DNA of 64,000 nucleotides. Source: an uncultured Alphaproteobacteria bacterium. Lineage in GTDB: Bacteria; Pseudomonadota; Alphaproteobacteria; Rhizobiales; Beijerinckiaceae. Each line of letters opens with the position of its first letter. Positions within the stretch are counted from its first letter, which is position 1. Where the stretch lies: positions 45,611-109,610 of the forward strand of contig CAWEIU010000008.1 in NCBI GenBank assembly GCA_963809245.1, in the 5' to 3' direction. Made by a program: the position numbers and the translations under genes. Below are positions 35,342-44,801 of the stretch, piece after piece. The notes under the pieces are model-generated. The model was given only the letters and a program-made list of their open reading frames with translations. It was not told the DNA's origin and ran no database searches.

Positions 35342-36397
35342 GTGTGCGTTGTGAGTTTTCAGGTCGTCGCCTTGCTGCAATGGCTCTGGGTCGGCGCGCT
35401 CGAACGGTTGCAGCTCACGTTCGGACCGACCGCAGCCTATGGCGCTCCGGCTCTGGCGGGCGCCTCGCTGTTTTCCGTCCTCTATTACGTGGAGCGTCGG
35501 CGCGCGCGCGGCCGCCCCGTCAGCCCACGCGGCTTCGTGCGTTCGATTTTCGCCGGTCGCATCCTCATGGCCAAATCCTCGCTGGTCGACATGCGCTTGT
35601 GGGTCCTCAACGGACTCGTGCTCGCCTCGGGCTACGGCTGCCTCGCGCTCGGCAATTTCTTCTGCCGCGATCTCGTCGCCGCTGGGCTGACGAGCGTCCT
35701 CGGCTCCCATGCGGCGGCCGCTTGGCCGGTCTGGGCCGTTCTCTCGACGGCGACGTTGTTCGAGCTGCTGGCCTATGAACTCGCCTATTGGTTCGCGCAC
35801 TACCTCTTCCACCGCATTCCGGCGCTGTGGGAGTTCCATAAGGTGCACCATTCGGCGGAGGTGATGACGCTCTTCACCGAACTGCGCCAGCATCCGGTGG
35901 AGATCCTCGCCTTCATGAACCTCATCGCAATCGCGACGGGGACGGTGTTCGGCGTGATGACCTACGTGTTCGGGCCCGGCGTGCGGCCGTTCACGCTGCT
36001 CAACGGCAACATCGTACTCATGGGCTTCCTCGTCACCTACGGCCACCTGCGCCACAGCCATATGTGGATCGCCTTCACCGGCCTCGTCGGCAGGTTGCTG
36101 CAAAGCCCGGCGCATCACCAAATCCATCATTCGACGCTTCCCAAGCATTGGGACAAGAACCTCGGCTTCGCGCTCGCGCTGTGGGATTGGGTGTTCGGCA
36201 CGCTCTATGTTCCGAGCAAGGAGCCCGAGGTCCCGCATTTCGGGGTTGCCCCCGATGAAGGCGACTTCAGCACGATGACCCGCAGCCTCGCGACCCCATT
36301 CGTGCGGCTCGGCGAGCGCGTGGCGAAAGCGGCGCATCCCCTCGCGCCGAACGGGGAGGGCGCCGCCGCCCCCGATGTCCAGGGCTCGCGCGGGTAG
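35342..36397 (+). CDS. Fatty acid hydroxylase/sterol desaturase superfamily membrane protein
   Basis: ORF 35342..36397 (GTG). Histidine boxes HYLFHR, HKVHH, HHQIHH. Start is uncertain by a few codons. Confidence 0.8.
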   Translation: MCVVSFQVVALLQWLWVGALERLQLTFGPTAAYGAPALAGASLFSVLYYVERRRARGRPVSPRGFVRSIFAGRILMAKSSLVDMRLWVLNGLVLASGYGCLALGNFFCRDLVAAGLTSVLGSHAAAAWPVWAVLSTATLFELLAYELAYWFAHYLFHRIPALWEFHKVHHSAEVMTLFTELRQHPVEILAFMNLIAIATGTVFGVMTYVFGPGVRPFTLLNGNIVLMGFLVTYGHLRHSHMWIAFTGLVGRLLQSPAHHQIHHSTLPKHWDKNLGFALALWDWVFGTLYVPSKEPEVPHFGVAPDEGDFSTMTRSLATPFVRLGERVAKAAHPLAPNGEGAAAPDVQGSRG

Positions 36398-36508
36398 GCC
36401 GCGTGGCAAGACCATCGGATTATTCGCCGGGGCGCCAAGGATTGTGTTGACGCGCCGCCGGCCAATTGGCTCTAAAATCCACGCGAATCAACGGGATTGG
36501 AGACGACC

Positions 36509-37414
36509 ATGCCGGCCCAACGCGCCGCGCGACGCAGGGGGCTGTTGCTCGTGCTCGGGGGGACGGTCCTTTGGAGTTTGGCGGGCTATTTCGCCCGTCT
36601 CATCGGTCATCTCGACGTCGGCACGGTGCTTTTCGCGCGCGCCGGATTCGGCGGGCTCTGCATTTCGGCCTGGGCGGTGCTCGAACAGCGGCGCGGCGTG
36701 CTCGGCCCGCGCTTCGGCTTCGGGCCGCTCTCGCCGCTGATCGTCCTGCTCTCGGCGACGGCGATCTCGTCTTACATCGCGGCGGTGATGACGACCACGG
36801 TGGCGGACGTGCTGGTCATCTACGCCACGCTGCCGTTCGTCGCCGCCGGCCTATCCTTCCTCATCAACAAAGAGCGCGTCTCGCGTCGCACGCTCATTTC
36901 GGCGTGCGTCGCGACCGTCGGCGTCGTCATCATGGTGGCGAGCGGGCTGGGCTCCGGGCGGTTGCTCGGTCAGGCCCTGTCGATGCTGATGACGGTGACC
37001 TTCGCGCTGATGGTCGTGTTGCAGCGGCGCGATCCCGGCATGTCGATGACCTCGATCAACGCCGCGGCCGCCTTCCTCGCGGCGACCTTCGGCTACACGC
37101 TTTCCCTTCATCCCGCGCTCGACTTGCGCGATCTGATTATTCTTTTCTTGTTCGGCCTCACGACGGTCTGCGTCGCTTTCGTCATGTTCATGGAGGGCGC
37201 GAAATTCGTGCCCTCGGCCGAGGCGGGCCTCGTCAGCATGTTGGATGTGGCGCTGGGGCCGCTCTGGGTCTTTCTCGCCTTCGGCGAGAATCCGGGACGG
37301 GCGACGCTGATCGGCGGCGCCTTCGTCATCGGCGCCGTCATTTGGCGCGTAATCCCCGAGATCGCCGGCGAGCCCCGCGCGAAGGACGTGACGAGCGCCA
37401 CCTGGCCCTTATAA
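36509..37414 (+). CDS. DMT superfamily (EamA-like) transporter
   Basis: Lies inside ORF 36497..37414. ATG 36509 has GGAGA 7 nt upstream. About 10 TMs in two EamA-like halves. Confidence 0.8.
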   Translation: MPAQRAARRRGLLLVLGGTVLWSLAGYFARLIGHLDVGTVLFARAGFGGLCISAWAVLEQRRGVLGPRFGFGPLSPLIVLLSATAISSYIAAVMTTTVADVLVIYATLPFVAAGLSFLINKERVSRRTLISACVATVGVVIMVASGLGSGRLLGQALSMLMTVTFALMVVLQRRDPGMSMTSINAAAAFLAATFGYTLSLHPALDLRDLIILFLFGLTTVCVAFVMFMEGAKFVPSAEAGLVSMLDVALGPLWVFLAFGENPGRATLIGGAFVIGAVIWRVIPEIAGEPRAKDVTSATWPL

Positions 37415-37441
37415 GATCGAGCAAAAGCAATCGGAGGCGAA

Positions 37442-38197
37442 ATGGCCGTGGAAAAATTCGCATTGGTGACGGGGGCCGGGCGGGGCATCGGCAAGGCGGC
37501 GGCGTTGGCGCTGGCGAAGGCCGGCTGGAACGTTGCGCTCACCGGCCGCGGCGCCGAGGCGCTCGCCGCCGTCGCGCAAGGGGTCGAGGCGCTGGGTCGC
37601 CGCGCCTTCGCAAAGAGCTGCGACGTCGGCGACCCGAACGCGGTCAAGTCGCTGTTCGCCGAGGTGGAACGGACCTTCGGCCGCCTCGATCTCCTGTTCA
37701 ACAACGCCGGCGCCGGCGCGCCCGGCGTTCCGATCGACGAACTTACCTACGAGCAATGGCGAACGGTCGTCGACGTGAACCTGACCGGCTCGTTCCTCTG
37801 CGCGCAGGCGGCGATGGCGATCATGAAGCGGCAGAATCCGCGCGGCGGCCGCATCATCAACAACGGTTCGATTTCCGCCTACGCGCCGCGCCCGTTCAGC
37901 GCCCCCTATACGGCGACCAAGCACGCCATCACCGGCCTCACCAAGTCGATCGCGCTTGACGGGCGGGCCGACGACATCGCCTGTGGGCAGATCGACATCG
38001 GCAATGCGCTGACCGAAATGGCCTTTAGGATGACCCAAGGCGTCCCCCAGGCGGACGGGCGCATCGCCGTCGAACCCACCATCGACCCGGCCGAGGTCGG
38101 CGACGCGGTCGCTCACATGGCGAGCCTGCCGCTCTCCTCGAACATCCTATCGATGACGATCATGGCGACGAAGATGCCGTTCGTCGGGCGGGGCTGA
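37442..38197 (+). CDS. SDR family oxidoreductase
   Basis: ORF 37442..38197. [21 protein letters not shown]. Confidence 0.85.
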   Translation: MAVEKFALVTGAGRGIGKAAALALAKAGWNVALTGRGAEALAAVAQGVEALGRRAFAKSCDVGDPNAVKSLFAEVERTFGRLDLLFNNAGAGAPGVPIDELTYEQWRTVVDVNLTGSFLCAQAAMAIMKRQNPRGGRIINNGSISAYAPRPFSAPYTATKHAITGLTKSIALDGRADDIACGQIDIGNALTEMAFRMTQGVPQADGRIAVEPTIDPAEVGDAVAHMASLPLSSNILSMTIMATKMPFVGRG

Positions 38198-38207
38198 GCA
38201 TCTGGGC

Positions 38208-38339
38208 TGTCATGCCCGCGAAAACGGGCGCCCAGATCACCGCCGTTGGCGGCGAGCGTTGAGGCGCTTGTTTGTGCGCCCTAAGCCCGTGAGTCTTCTC
38301 CTCTTCACCCCTGGATGCCCGCTTTGCGCGGGCATTACA
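38208..38339. repeat. MITE/REP-like element with about 28-bp terminal inverted repeats
   Basis: Left TGTCATGCCCGCGAAAACGGGCGCCCAG (38208-38235). The rc of the right arm (38311-38339) is TGTAATGCCCGCGCAAAGCGGGCATCCAG. Each arm contains its own GCCCG...CGGGC hairpin. Confidence 0.6.
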
Positions 38340-38396
38340 ACATCAGCCGGCCGCCAAGCATTCAGGCTCTCGTAGAGGTCAGTCGGCGTCCTGTGC

Positions 38397-39398
38397 TCAG
38401 TTCGGCGCGGCGACGAGCGGCTCGAAGGGCTGCGCGATGGCGCCGCGCGAGAGGTCGCGGTCGAACATCGCGAGGCCAACCTCCTCGTTGCCGTTGGGAT
38501 GCACGAGGATGATCGAGCCGTCGACCGGCTTCTCGCCCTGCGCCAGCCAAGCGTCGGCGCCGAGCGAGATGAGATGGTGGCGGCGCACCGCCTGCATCAG
38601 CGGCGACGTCGAGATCAGGCCGGGGAAGCGGAAGAATAGCGACGGCGTCTGGCCGTTGGCGATCAGCAGGCGCTCCGTCTCGAGAATCTCCGCGTCGGGA
38701 TCGACCCCTTGGGTGAGCAGGAAATTGCGCTCGTACGGCACGCCGCGACGATAGGGGTGGTGGAACGTGTGATCGACCCAGAGGATGTTGAGCGCGCCCT
38801 GCGCCTGCCGGTCGAGCAGCCAGCGGTAATCCTCGAAATGATGCAGCAGCCAGAGGCCGGAGATCGACAACGCCACCGGCGTATGCGGCCCCTTGGCGGC
38901 GAGATCGTCGAAAAAGGCGCGGTCGAGCGGCCGGCGGCTCGGGCAGAGATCCCCGGTTACGAAGGCTCCCGGCGCGGCGCCATGGGTCAGGCCGGCGTTC
39001 TGCAGGAAGCCGCGATGGGTGAGGCCGGGCGCTTGAGCCGATTGCGCGATCGCGCGCATCATGCGCGTCGGCGCGAGCGCCTCCTCGCTCGTGTCTTCGC
39101 AAGTCCAGCAGGCCGCGCGCTCGAGGCGGGTCGAGAGCTTCTGCGGATCGGCGAGCAGCAGAAGCGGCGTTCCGCCGACGCTCATCGTGCGGATGGCGAG
39201 GCTCTTGCGTCCGTCCGCGGCGTGGCAGCTCCGCAGCACCGACGTATAGTCCGTGACGGCGTCGACGCTCGCGAGCGACTGAGGCGGCGCCGGCGAATAG
39301 AGGCAGGGCGCGTCCTGACCGCTGTCGGCTGCGCACGCGGCGCTCGCCCCGAAGGCGAGCAGAAGAGCAAAGGCGAGATGGGCGAGCGGACGGGGCAA
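38397..39398 (-). CDS. Secreted polysaccharide deacetylase-like protein
   Basis: ORF 38397..39398. Signal peptide MPRPLAHLAFALLLAFGASAACA. The body resembles polysaccharide deacetylase family proteins (GDLCPS..., HTFHHP); family call has moderate confidence. Confidence 0.6.
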   Translation of the reverse strand: MPRPLAHLAFALLLAFGASAACAADSGQDAPCLYSPAPPQSLASVDAVTDYTSVLRSCHAADGRKSLAIRTMSVGGTPLLLLADPQKLSTRLERAACWTCEDTSEEALAPTRMMRAIAQSAQAPGLTHRGFLQNAGLTHGAAPGAFVTGDLCPSRRPLDRAFFDDLAAKGPHTPVALSISGLWLLHHFEDYRWLLDRQAQGALNILWVDHTFHHPYRRGVPYERNFLLTQGVDPDAEILETERLLIANGQTPSLFFRFPGLISTSPLMQAVRRHHLISLGADAWLAQGEKPVDGSIILVHPNGNEEVGLAMFDRDLSRGAIAQPFEPLVAAPN

Positions 39399-39514
39399 GG
39401 GAAGCTTCCAATGGGCTGCGCCTCGATATCGGGCGACGGGGCGCGATTTTATGTCGGATTTGCGTGATTTTCGCGAGCGCTTGCGAAGCCGCGCCGCCTG
39501 ACTAAGCTCGCGTC

Positions 39515-39997
39515 ATGGAACCCGGCGCGATTTCGCAGCCCATCGAAGTGCGGCAGGAGCCGGCAGGCTCGCCGGACGCGCGCTGGTGCCTTGCCGAATA
39601 TTTCCGCGAGCTCGCGCGGCGCTTCGAGGCCGGCTTCGATCCCGCCCAGGGAAACGACGTGCGCGAAGACGAGATGACGCCGCCGGCGGGTTGGTTTCTC
39701 CTCGCGCGGCTTCAGGGAAGGCCGGCGGGATGCGGCGCCTTGCTGCGCATCGACCAGACGACCGGCGAGATCAAACGGATGTGGACCGCGCCATTCGCCC
39801 GCGGCCTCGGCGTTGCACGGCGGATCATCGCGACCATCGAGCAAACCGCGCATTCGGAAGGCATGACGCTGCTGCGGCTCGACACCAACAAGGCGCTCAC
39901 GGAGGCGCACGCGCTCTACCGCAAGCTCGGCTTCGAGGAGACTGAACGCTACAGCGCCAACCCCTACGCCCATCACTGGTTTCGCAAGCGGCTATGA
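39515..39997 (+). CDS. GNAT family N-acetyltransferase
   Basis: ORF 39515..39997. Acetyl-CoA motif RGLGVARRII...A. The 3' end overlaps the convergent lysR-type gene by 25 nt. Confidence 0.8.
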   Translation: MEPGAISQPIEVRQEPAGSPDARWCLAEYFRELARRFEAGFDPAQGNDVREDEMTPPAGWFLLARLQGRPAGCGALLRIDQTTGEIKRMWTAPFARGLGVARRIIATIEQTAHSEGMTLLRLDTNKALTEAHALYRKLGFEETERYSANPYAHHWFRKRL

Positions 39998-40899
39998 CCG
40001 TCCTTCTCAAGTCGCCGCCGGGCGATCAACGCGTCGAGCCGCGACAGGAATAGCTTCAGCGTCGTCGATGCGTTCGTCTTGTTGAAGCCGACGACCAAAT
40101 CGATCGTCGGCGTCTCCCCCGCCAGCGGCCGGCTGGTGACGGACCAGGGCAGGAAGTTCTTCGCATAGGCAGGCAGCAGGGCGACGCCGCGCGTCGAAGC
40201 GACCAGCGACATCGCCATGGCGAGATTGTCGACCTTATGCGCCGGCTTGAGATCCAGGTTCGATCGCTTCAAATAGTCCTCGATCACAGCCTGAAGCGTC
40301 GGCGCCGTCTCGGACATGCCAAGGAAGGTTTCGCCCTCGAGATCCGCGATGGCGACGCTCTCGCGCGCCGCGAGAGGGTGATCGCTCGGCATGACGACGA
40401 CAAGCGGCTCAGTGGTCACCACCCGATATTCGAGGTCGGGCATGCCGCGCTCCGGCCTGAGGAAGGCGAGGTCGAGCTTGCCGCGCATCAGCGCCTCGGC
40501 GAGCGTGCGCGAATAGTCGCTGGAGACGGCGACTTCGATATTCGGCAGAACGTCCCTCAGCGTGTGCATCGCCTCGGGCAGCCAATCCATCTCCTGGCCG
40601 GTGAGGAAGCCGAGCGCGAACACGGGCTTGGCGGGCTGCGCGGCTCGCCGTGCCGCCTCGACGGCGGCTTCCGTCTGCGCAAGCGCCAGCCGCGCATGTT
40701 CGAGGAACGCCTGGCCGGCCGGCGTCACCTCGACGCCTCGCGCGCTTCGGGTGAGGAGTTGCGCGCCCACCTCGTATTCGAGATCGCGAATTTGCCGGCT
40801 CAGCGAGGGCTGCGCCGTATGCAGGCGCTGCTCGGCCGCGAGCGTCAAACTGCCCGCGTCCGCGACGGCGACGAAATAGCGGAGATGGCGCAGCTCCAT
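39973..40899 (-). CDS. LysR family transcriptional regulator
   Basis: Lies inside ORF 39973..40911. ATG 40899 gives MELRHLRYFVAVADAGSLTLAAEQRLHTAQPSLSRQIRDLE. Confidence 0.9.
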   Translation of the reverse strand: MELRHLRYFVAVADAGSLTLAAEQRLHTAQPSLSRQIRDLEYEVGAQLLTRSARGVEVTPAGQAFLEHARLALAQTEAAVEAARRAAQPAKPVFALGFLTGQEMDWLPEAMHTLRDVLPNIEVAVSSDYSRTLAEALMRGKLDLAFLRPERGMPDLEYRVVTTEPLVVVMPSDHPLAARESVAIADLEGETFLGMSETAPTLQAVIEDYLKRSNLDLKPAHKVDNLAMAMSLVASTRGVALLPAYAKNFLPWSVTSRPLAGETPTIDLVVGFNKTNASTTLKLFLSRLDALIARRRLEKDGHSRLRNQ

Positions 40900-41071
40900 G
40901 ACTGACCTCATGCCCGCGGAGGTATGGAGGCCATCCTACAAAGACTTTTTCCGCCGCGCCAGAGAGGCGTAAACACATGCCTTGGCGGTCTCGACCTCGT
41001 CGAAACGGATCGAACCGCCAGCATCCGCCCGCGAGCCGCGGGGGCCGGTCGTGATGAGAAGGAGATCGATC

Positions 41072-41818
41072 ATGACCACGCTTTCAGGAAAAACCGCTCT
41101 CGTCACCGGCGCATCGCGCGGCATCGGCCGCGCCAGCGCATTGGCGCTCGCCCAAGCCGGCGCGCAGGTGATCGTCCATTACGGCCGCGGCGCCGCCGAG
41201 GCCGAGGCCGTCGTCAAGGCGATCCGCGACGCCGGGGGCCGCGCGGAGGCGGTGGCGGCCGACCTTTCGTCGCCGGACGCGCCGCAGGCGCTCGCCGCGC
41301 GGGTTCGCGCCATCATCGGCGATCGCCTCGACATCCTCGTCGCCAATGCCGGCGTCTCAAAGGCTGCGACGATCGAGGAGACGACGGTCGCCGATTTCGA
41401 CCGCCTCTTCGCGGTCAACGTGCGCGCGCCGTTCTTCCTCGTGCAGCAATTGCTGCCGGTCCTCGGCGAGGGAAGCAGCGTCGTTCTCGTCTCTTCGCTT
41501 GGCGCGCGAGCAGCGGTCGGCCAGCTTGCCGCCTATTCGGCCACGAAGGGCGCCGTCGACACGCTGGTGAAGCACTTCGCATTCGCGCTCGGTTCGCGGG
41601 GAATTCGCGTCAACGCGGTCGCGCCGGGCGTCGTCGAGACCGACATGTCGAGCTTCGCCAAGACGGACGGCGGCCGAGAGTTCACCCTCGCCATGCAGGC
41701 CTTCAAGCGGATCGCGCAGCCGGACGACATTGCGGGGGCGGTCGCCTTCCTCGCCTCGGACGCCGCGCGGTGGATCACCGGCGACACGATCCGCGTCGAT
41801 GGCGGCTCGAAGCTCTGA
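41072..41818 (+). CDS. SDR family oxidoreductase, divergent from the LysR gene
   Basis: Lies inside ORF 40982..41818. ATG 41072 is preceded by GAAGGAGA. TGASRGIGRA, NAG, YSATKGA. Confidence 0.85.
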   Translation: MTTLSGKTALVTGASRGIGRASALALAQAGAQVIVHYGRGAAEAEAVVKAIRDAGGRAEAVAADLSSPDAPQALAARVRAIIGDRLDILVANAGVSKAATIEETTVADFDRLFAVNVRAPFFLVQQLLPVLGEGSSVVLVSSLGARAAVGQLAAYSATKGAVDTLVKHFAFALGSRGIRVNAVAPGVVETDMSSFAKTDGGREFTLAMQAFKRIAQPDDIAGAVAFLASDAARWITGDTIRVDGGSKL

Positions 41819-41905
41819 GTCCTGGCGGGGGCGCCCGCCGAACTTGATTAGGCCCCTCGATCTCTATATGGCGAGCGCCTGCAGGTTCTTGCGAGACGCT
41901 TCCCC

Positions 41906-42814
41906 ATGGCCAATCCGTTGCCCCTTCACCTCAAGCGCCTTGAAGCGGAAGCAATCCACATAATGCGTGAGGTTGTATCCGAATTTAGCAATCCTGTCAT
42001 GCTATATTCGATCGGCAAGGACTCCAGCGCGATGCTGCACGTCGCGATGAAGGCCTTCTATCCCGCCCTGCCGCCGTTTCCGCTGCTGCATGTCGACACG
42101 ACCTGGAAGTTCCGCGAAATGATCGCCTTCCGCGATCAGACCGCGGAGCGGCTGGGGCTCGATCTCCGCGTCCATGTGAACAAGGAGGGCGTGGCGCGCG
42201 GCATCTCGCCGGTCGCCTCCGGCAGCCAGGTGCACACCCAAGTGATGAAGACCGAGGGCCTGCGCCAGGCGCTCGACAAGTATCGCTTCGATGCGGCCTT
42301 CGGCGGCGCGCGGCGCGACGAGGAGAAGAGCCGCGCCAAGGAACGCGTCTTCTCGCACCGCTCCGCCTCGCATAGCTGGGATCCCCGCAATCAGCGTCCC
42401 GAGCTCTGGCGCCTCTACAACACTCGCATTCGCGAGGGCGAGTCGATGCGCGTCTTCCCGCTGTCGAACTGGACCGAACTCGACGTTTGGGAATACATCC
42501 GCGCCGAATCCATCCCCGTGGTTCCCCTCTATTTCGCCAAGGAGCGTCCGGTCGTCGAGCGCGACGGCACGCTCATCATGGTCGACGACGATCGCCTCCC
42601 GCTGCGCCCCGGCGAGACGCCGCAAATGCGGCGCGTCCGTTTCCGCACGCTCGGCTGCTACCCGCTGACCGGCGCCATCGAGTCCGAGGCGGACACGCTC
42701 GACGCGATCATCGAGGAAATGCGCGCTTCGACGACCTCCGAGCGCCAAGGCCGCCTGATCGACTCGGACGAATCCGGCTCGATGGAGAAGAAGAAGCGCG
42801 AGGGGTATTTCTGA
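41906..42814 (+). CDS. cysD: Sulfate adenylyltransferase subunit 2
   Basis: ORF 41906..42814. [12 protein letters not shown]...[14 protein letters not shown]...[11 protein letters not shown]...[10 protein letters not shown]. Confidence 0.93.
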   Translation: MANPLPLHLKRLEAEAIHIMREVVSEFSNPVMLYSIGKDSSAMLHVAMKAFYPALPPFPLLHVDTTWKFREMIAFRDQTAERLGLDLRVHVNKEGVARGISPVASGSQVHTQVMKTEGLRQALDKYRFDAAFGGARRDEEKSRAKERVFSHRSASHSWDPRNQRPELWRLYNTRIREGESMRVFPLSNWTELDVWEYIRAESIPVVPLYFAKERPVVERDGTLIMVDDDRLPLRPGETPQMRRVRFRTLGCYPLTGAIESEADTLDAIIEEMRASTTSERQGRLIDSDESGSMEKKKREGYF

Positions 42815-44685
42815 TGACCGCACCGTTGCGCGAAGGCGCTCTGCCGACCCTGCGCATGCTGACCTGCGGCTCGGTGGACGACGGCAAATCGACGCTGATC
42901 GGCCGCCTGCTCTACGAGCAGAAGCTCATCTTCGACGATCAGCTCTCCGCCCTCGAGCGCGACTCGAAGAAGCACGGCACCGTCGGCGCCGACATCGATT
43001 TCGCGCTGCTGGTCGACGGTCTCGAAGCCGAGCGCGAGCAGGGCATCACGATCGACGTCGCCTATCGCTATTTCGCGACGCCACGCCGATCGTTCATCGT
43101 CGCCGACACGCCGGGCCACGAGCAATACACCCGCAACATGGCGACCGGCGCTTCCAACGCCGACGTCGCGATCCTGCTGGTCGACGCCCGCAAGGGCCTT
43201 CTCACCCAGACGCACCGCCACGCGATCATCGTCTCGCTGCTCGGCATCCGCCACGTCGTGCTGGCGGTCAACAAGATCGATCTCGTCGACTACGACGAAG
43301 CGACGTTCCGGCGCATCGTCGCCGATTTTGAGGCCTTTGCCGCGCCGCTGAATTTCCAGTCGATCGTCGCGATTCCGATTTCCGCGCGCGAGGGCGACAA
43401 TGTCTCGTCCCCGAGCGCGCGCACGCCCTGGTACGGCGGGCCGGCGCTGATCGATCATCTCGAGCGCGTCGAAGTCGATGAGGACCGGCGCGGCGCGCCG
43501 TTCCGCTTGCCTGTGCAATGGGTCAATCGCCCGCATCTCGACTTTCGCGGCTTCGCCGGCACGATCCCGAGCGGCGCGATCCGCAAGGGCGAGACCATCG
43601 TCGTCGCCAATTCGGGCCGCCAGAGCGTCGTCACGCAGATCCTCTCCGCGGGGCGCGAGACTGATGAGGCGGAAGCGGGCGAAGCCGTGACGCTGACGCT
43701 TCGGGACGAAATCGACATCGCGCGCGGCGACGTTCTGACGCGCCCCGACAGCCGCCCCGAGGTCGCCGACCAATTCACCGCGCATCTCATCTGGATGAGC
43801 GCCGAGCCGCTGCTGCCTGGCCGCTCCTACCTCCTGAAGATCGGCTCGCGCACGACGCCAGCCTCGGTGACCGAGCTCAAGCACCGCATCGACGTCAACA
43901 CGCTCGACAAGCTCGCCGCCAAGACGCTCGAACTCAACGAGGTCGGCCTCTGCAACGTGGCGACGACGATGCCGGTCGCCTACGACGCCTATGCCGACAA
44001 TCGCGACACGGGCGCGTTCATCCTGATCGACCGCGTCACCAACGAGACGGCGGCGGCGGGCATGATCGCGCACGGATTGCGGCGCGCCACCAACATCCAT
44101 CACCAGGATCTCACCGTGACGCGCGAGGCGCGCGCGGCGATCAAGCACCAGCGCCCGGCGGTGCTCTGGTTCACCGGCCTTTCCGGCGCCGGCAAATCGA
44201 CCATCGCCAACCTCGTCGAGGCGCGGCTCCTCGCGCGTGGGGCGCACACCGTTTTGCTCGACGGCGACAACGTGCGCCATGGGCTCAACAAGGATCTCGG
44301 CTTCACCGCGGCGGACCGGGTGGAGAACATCCGCCGCATCGCCGAGGTCGCGCGCCTGATGACCGACGCCGGGCTGATCGTGCTGACTTCGTTCATCTCG
44401 CCGTTCCGCGCCGAACGTCAGCTCGCGCGCGAACTCGCGGCGCCGGGCGAATTCATCGAGATCTATGTCGAGACGCCGCTCGAGACGGCGATCGCGCGCG
44501 ACCCGAAGGGCCTCTACAAACGGGCGCTCGCCGGCGAGATCAAGAACTTCACCGGCGTCGACCAGCCCTACGAGGCGCCGGAAGCGGCGGAGATCGTGCT
44601 GCACACCGCCGATGCGACGGCCGAAGCCCTTGCCGAGCGTGTGCTGGCGGAATTGGCGGCGCGAGGACATATCGAACGGCTGTAA
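42814..44685 (+). CDS. cysNC: Bifunctional sulfate adenylyltransferase subunit 1 / adenylyl-sulfate (APS) kinase
   Basis: Lies inside ORF 42487..44685. ATG 42814 forms an ATGA overlap with the cysD stop. GTPase motifs [19 protein letters not shown]-terminal APS kinase P-loop [11 protein letters not shown]. Confidence 0.9.
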   Translation: MTAPLREGALPTLRMLTCGSVDDGKSTLIGRLLYEQKLIFDDQLSALERDSKKHGTVGADIDFALLVDGLEAEREQGITIDVAYRYFATPRRSFIVADTPGHEQYTRNMATGASNADVAILLVDARKGLLTQTHRHAIIVSLLGIRHVVLAVNKIDLVDYDEATFRRIVADFEAFAAPLNFQSIVAIPISAREGDNVSSPSARTPWYGGPALIDHLERVEVDEDRRGAPFRLPVQWVNRPHLDFRGFAGTIPSGAIRKGETIVVANSGRQSVVTQILSAGRETDEAEAGEAVTLTLRDEIDIARGDVLTRPDSRPEVADQFTAHLIWMSAEPLLPGRSYLLKIGSRTTPASVTELKHRIDVNTLDKLAAKTLELNEVGLCNVATTMPVAYDAYADNRDTGAFILIDRVTNETAAAGMIAHGLRRATNIHHQDLTVTREARAAIKHQRPAVLWFTGLSGAGKSTIANLVEARLLARGAHTVLLDGDNVRHGLNKDLGFTAADRVENIRRIAEVARLMTDAGLIVLTSFISPFRAERQLARELAAPGEFIEIYVETPLETAIARDPKGLYKRALAGEIKNFTGVDQPYEAPEAAEIVLHTADATAEALAERVLAELAARGHIERL

Positions 44686-44801
44686 TCCGCAGCCATTGCG
44701 TTGAAACAGAAAAAGCGCTTCGATGGCCCGTTAGGCGGAGGCGGCGGCGCGCGCGAGGTCGCGTGCAAGCTCGCCCGCTCGGGGTTGCAAGGGAACATTG
44801 C

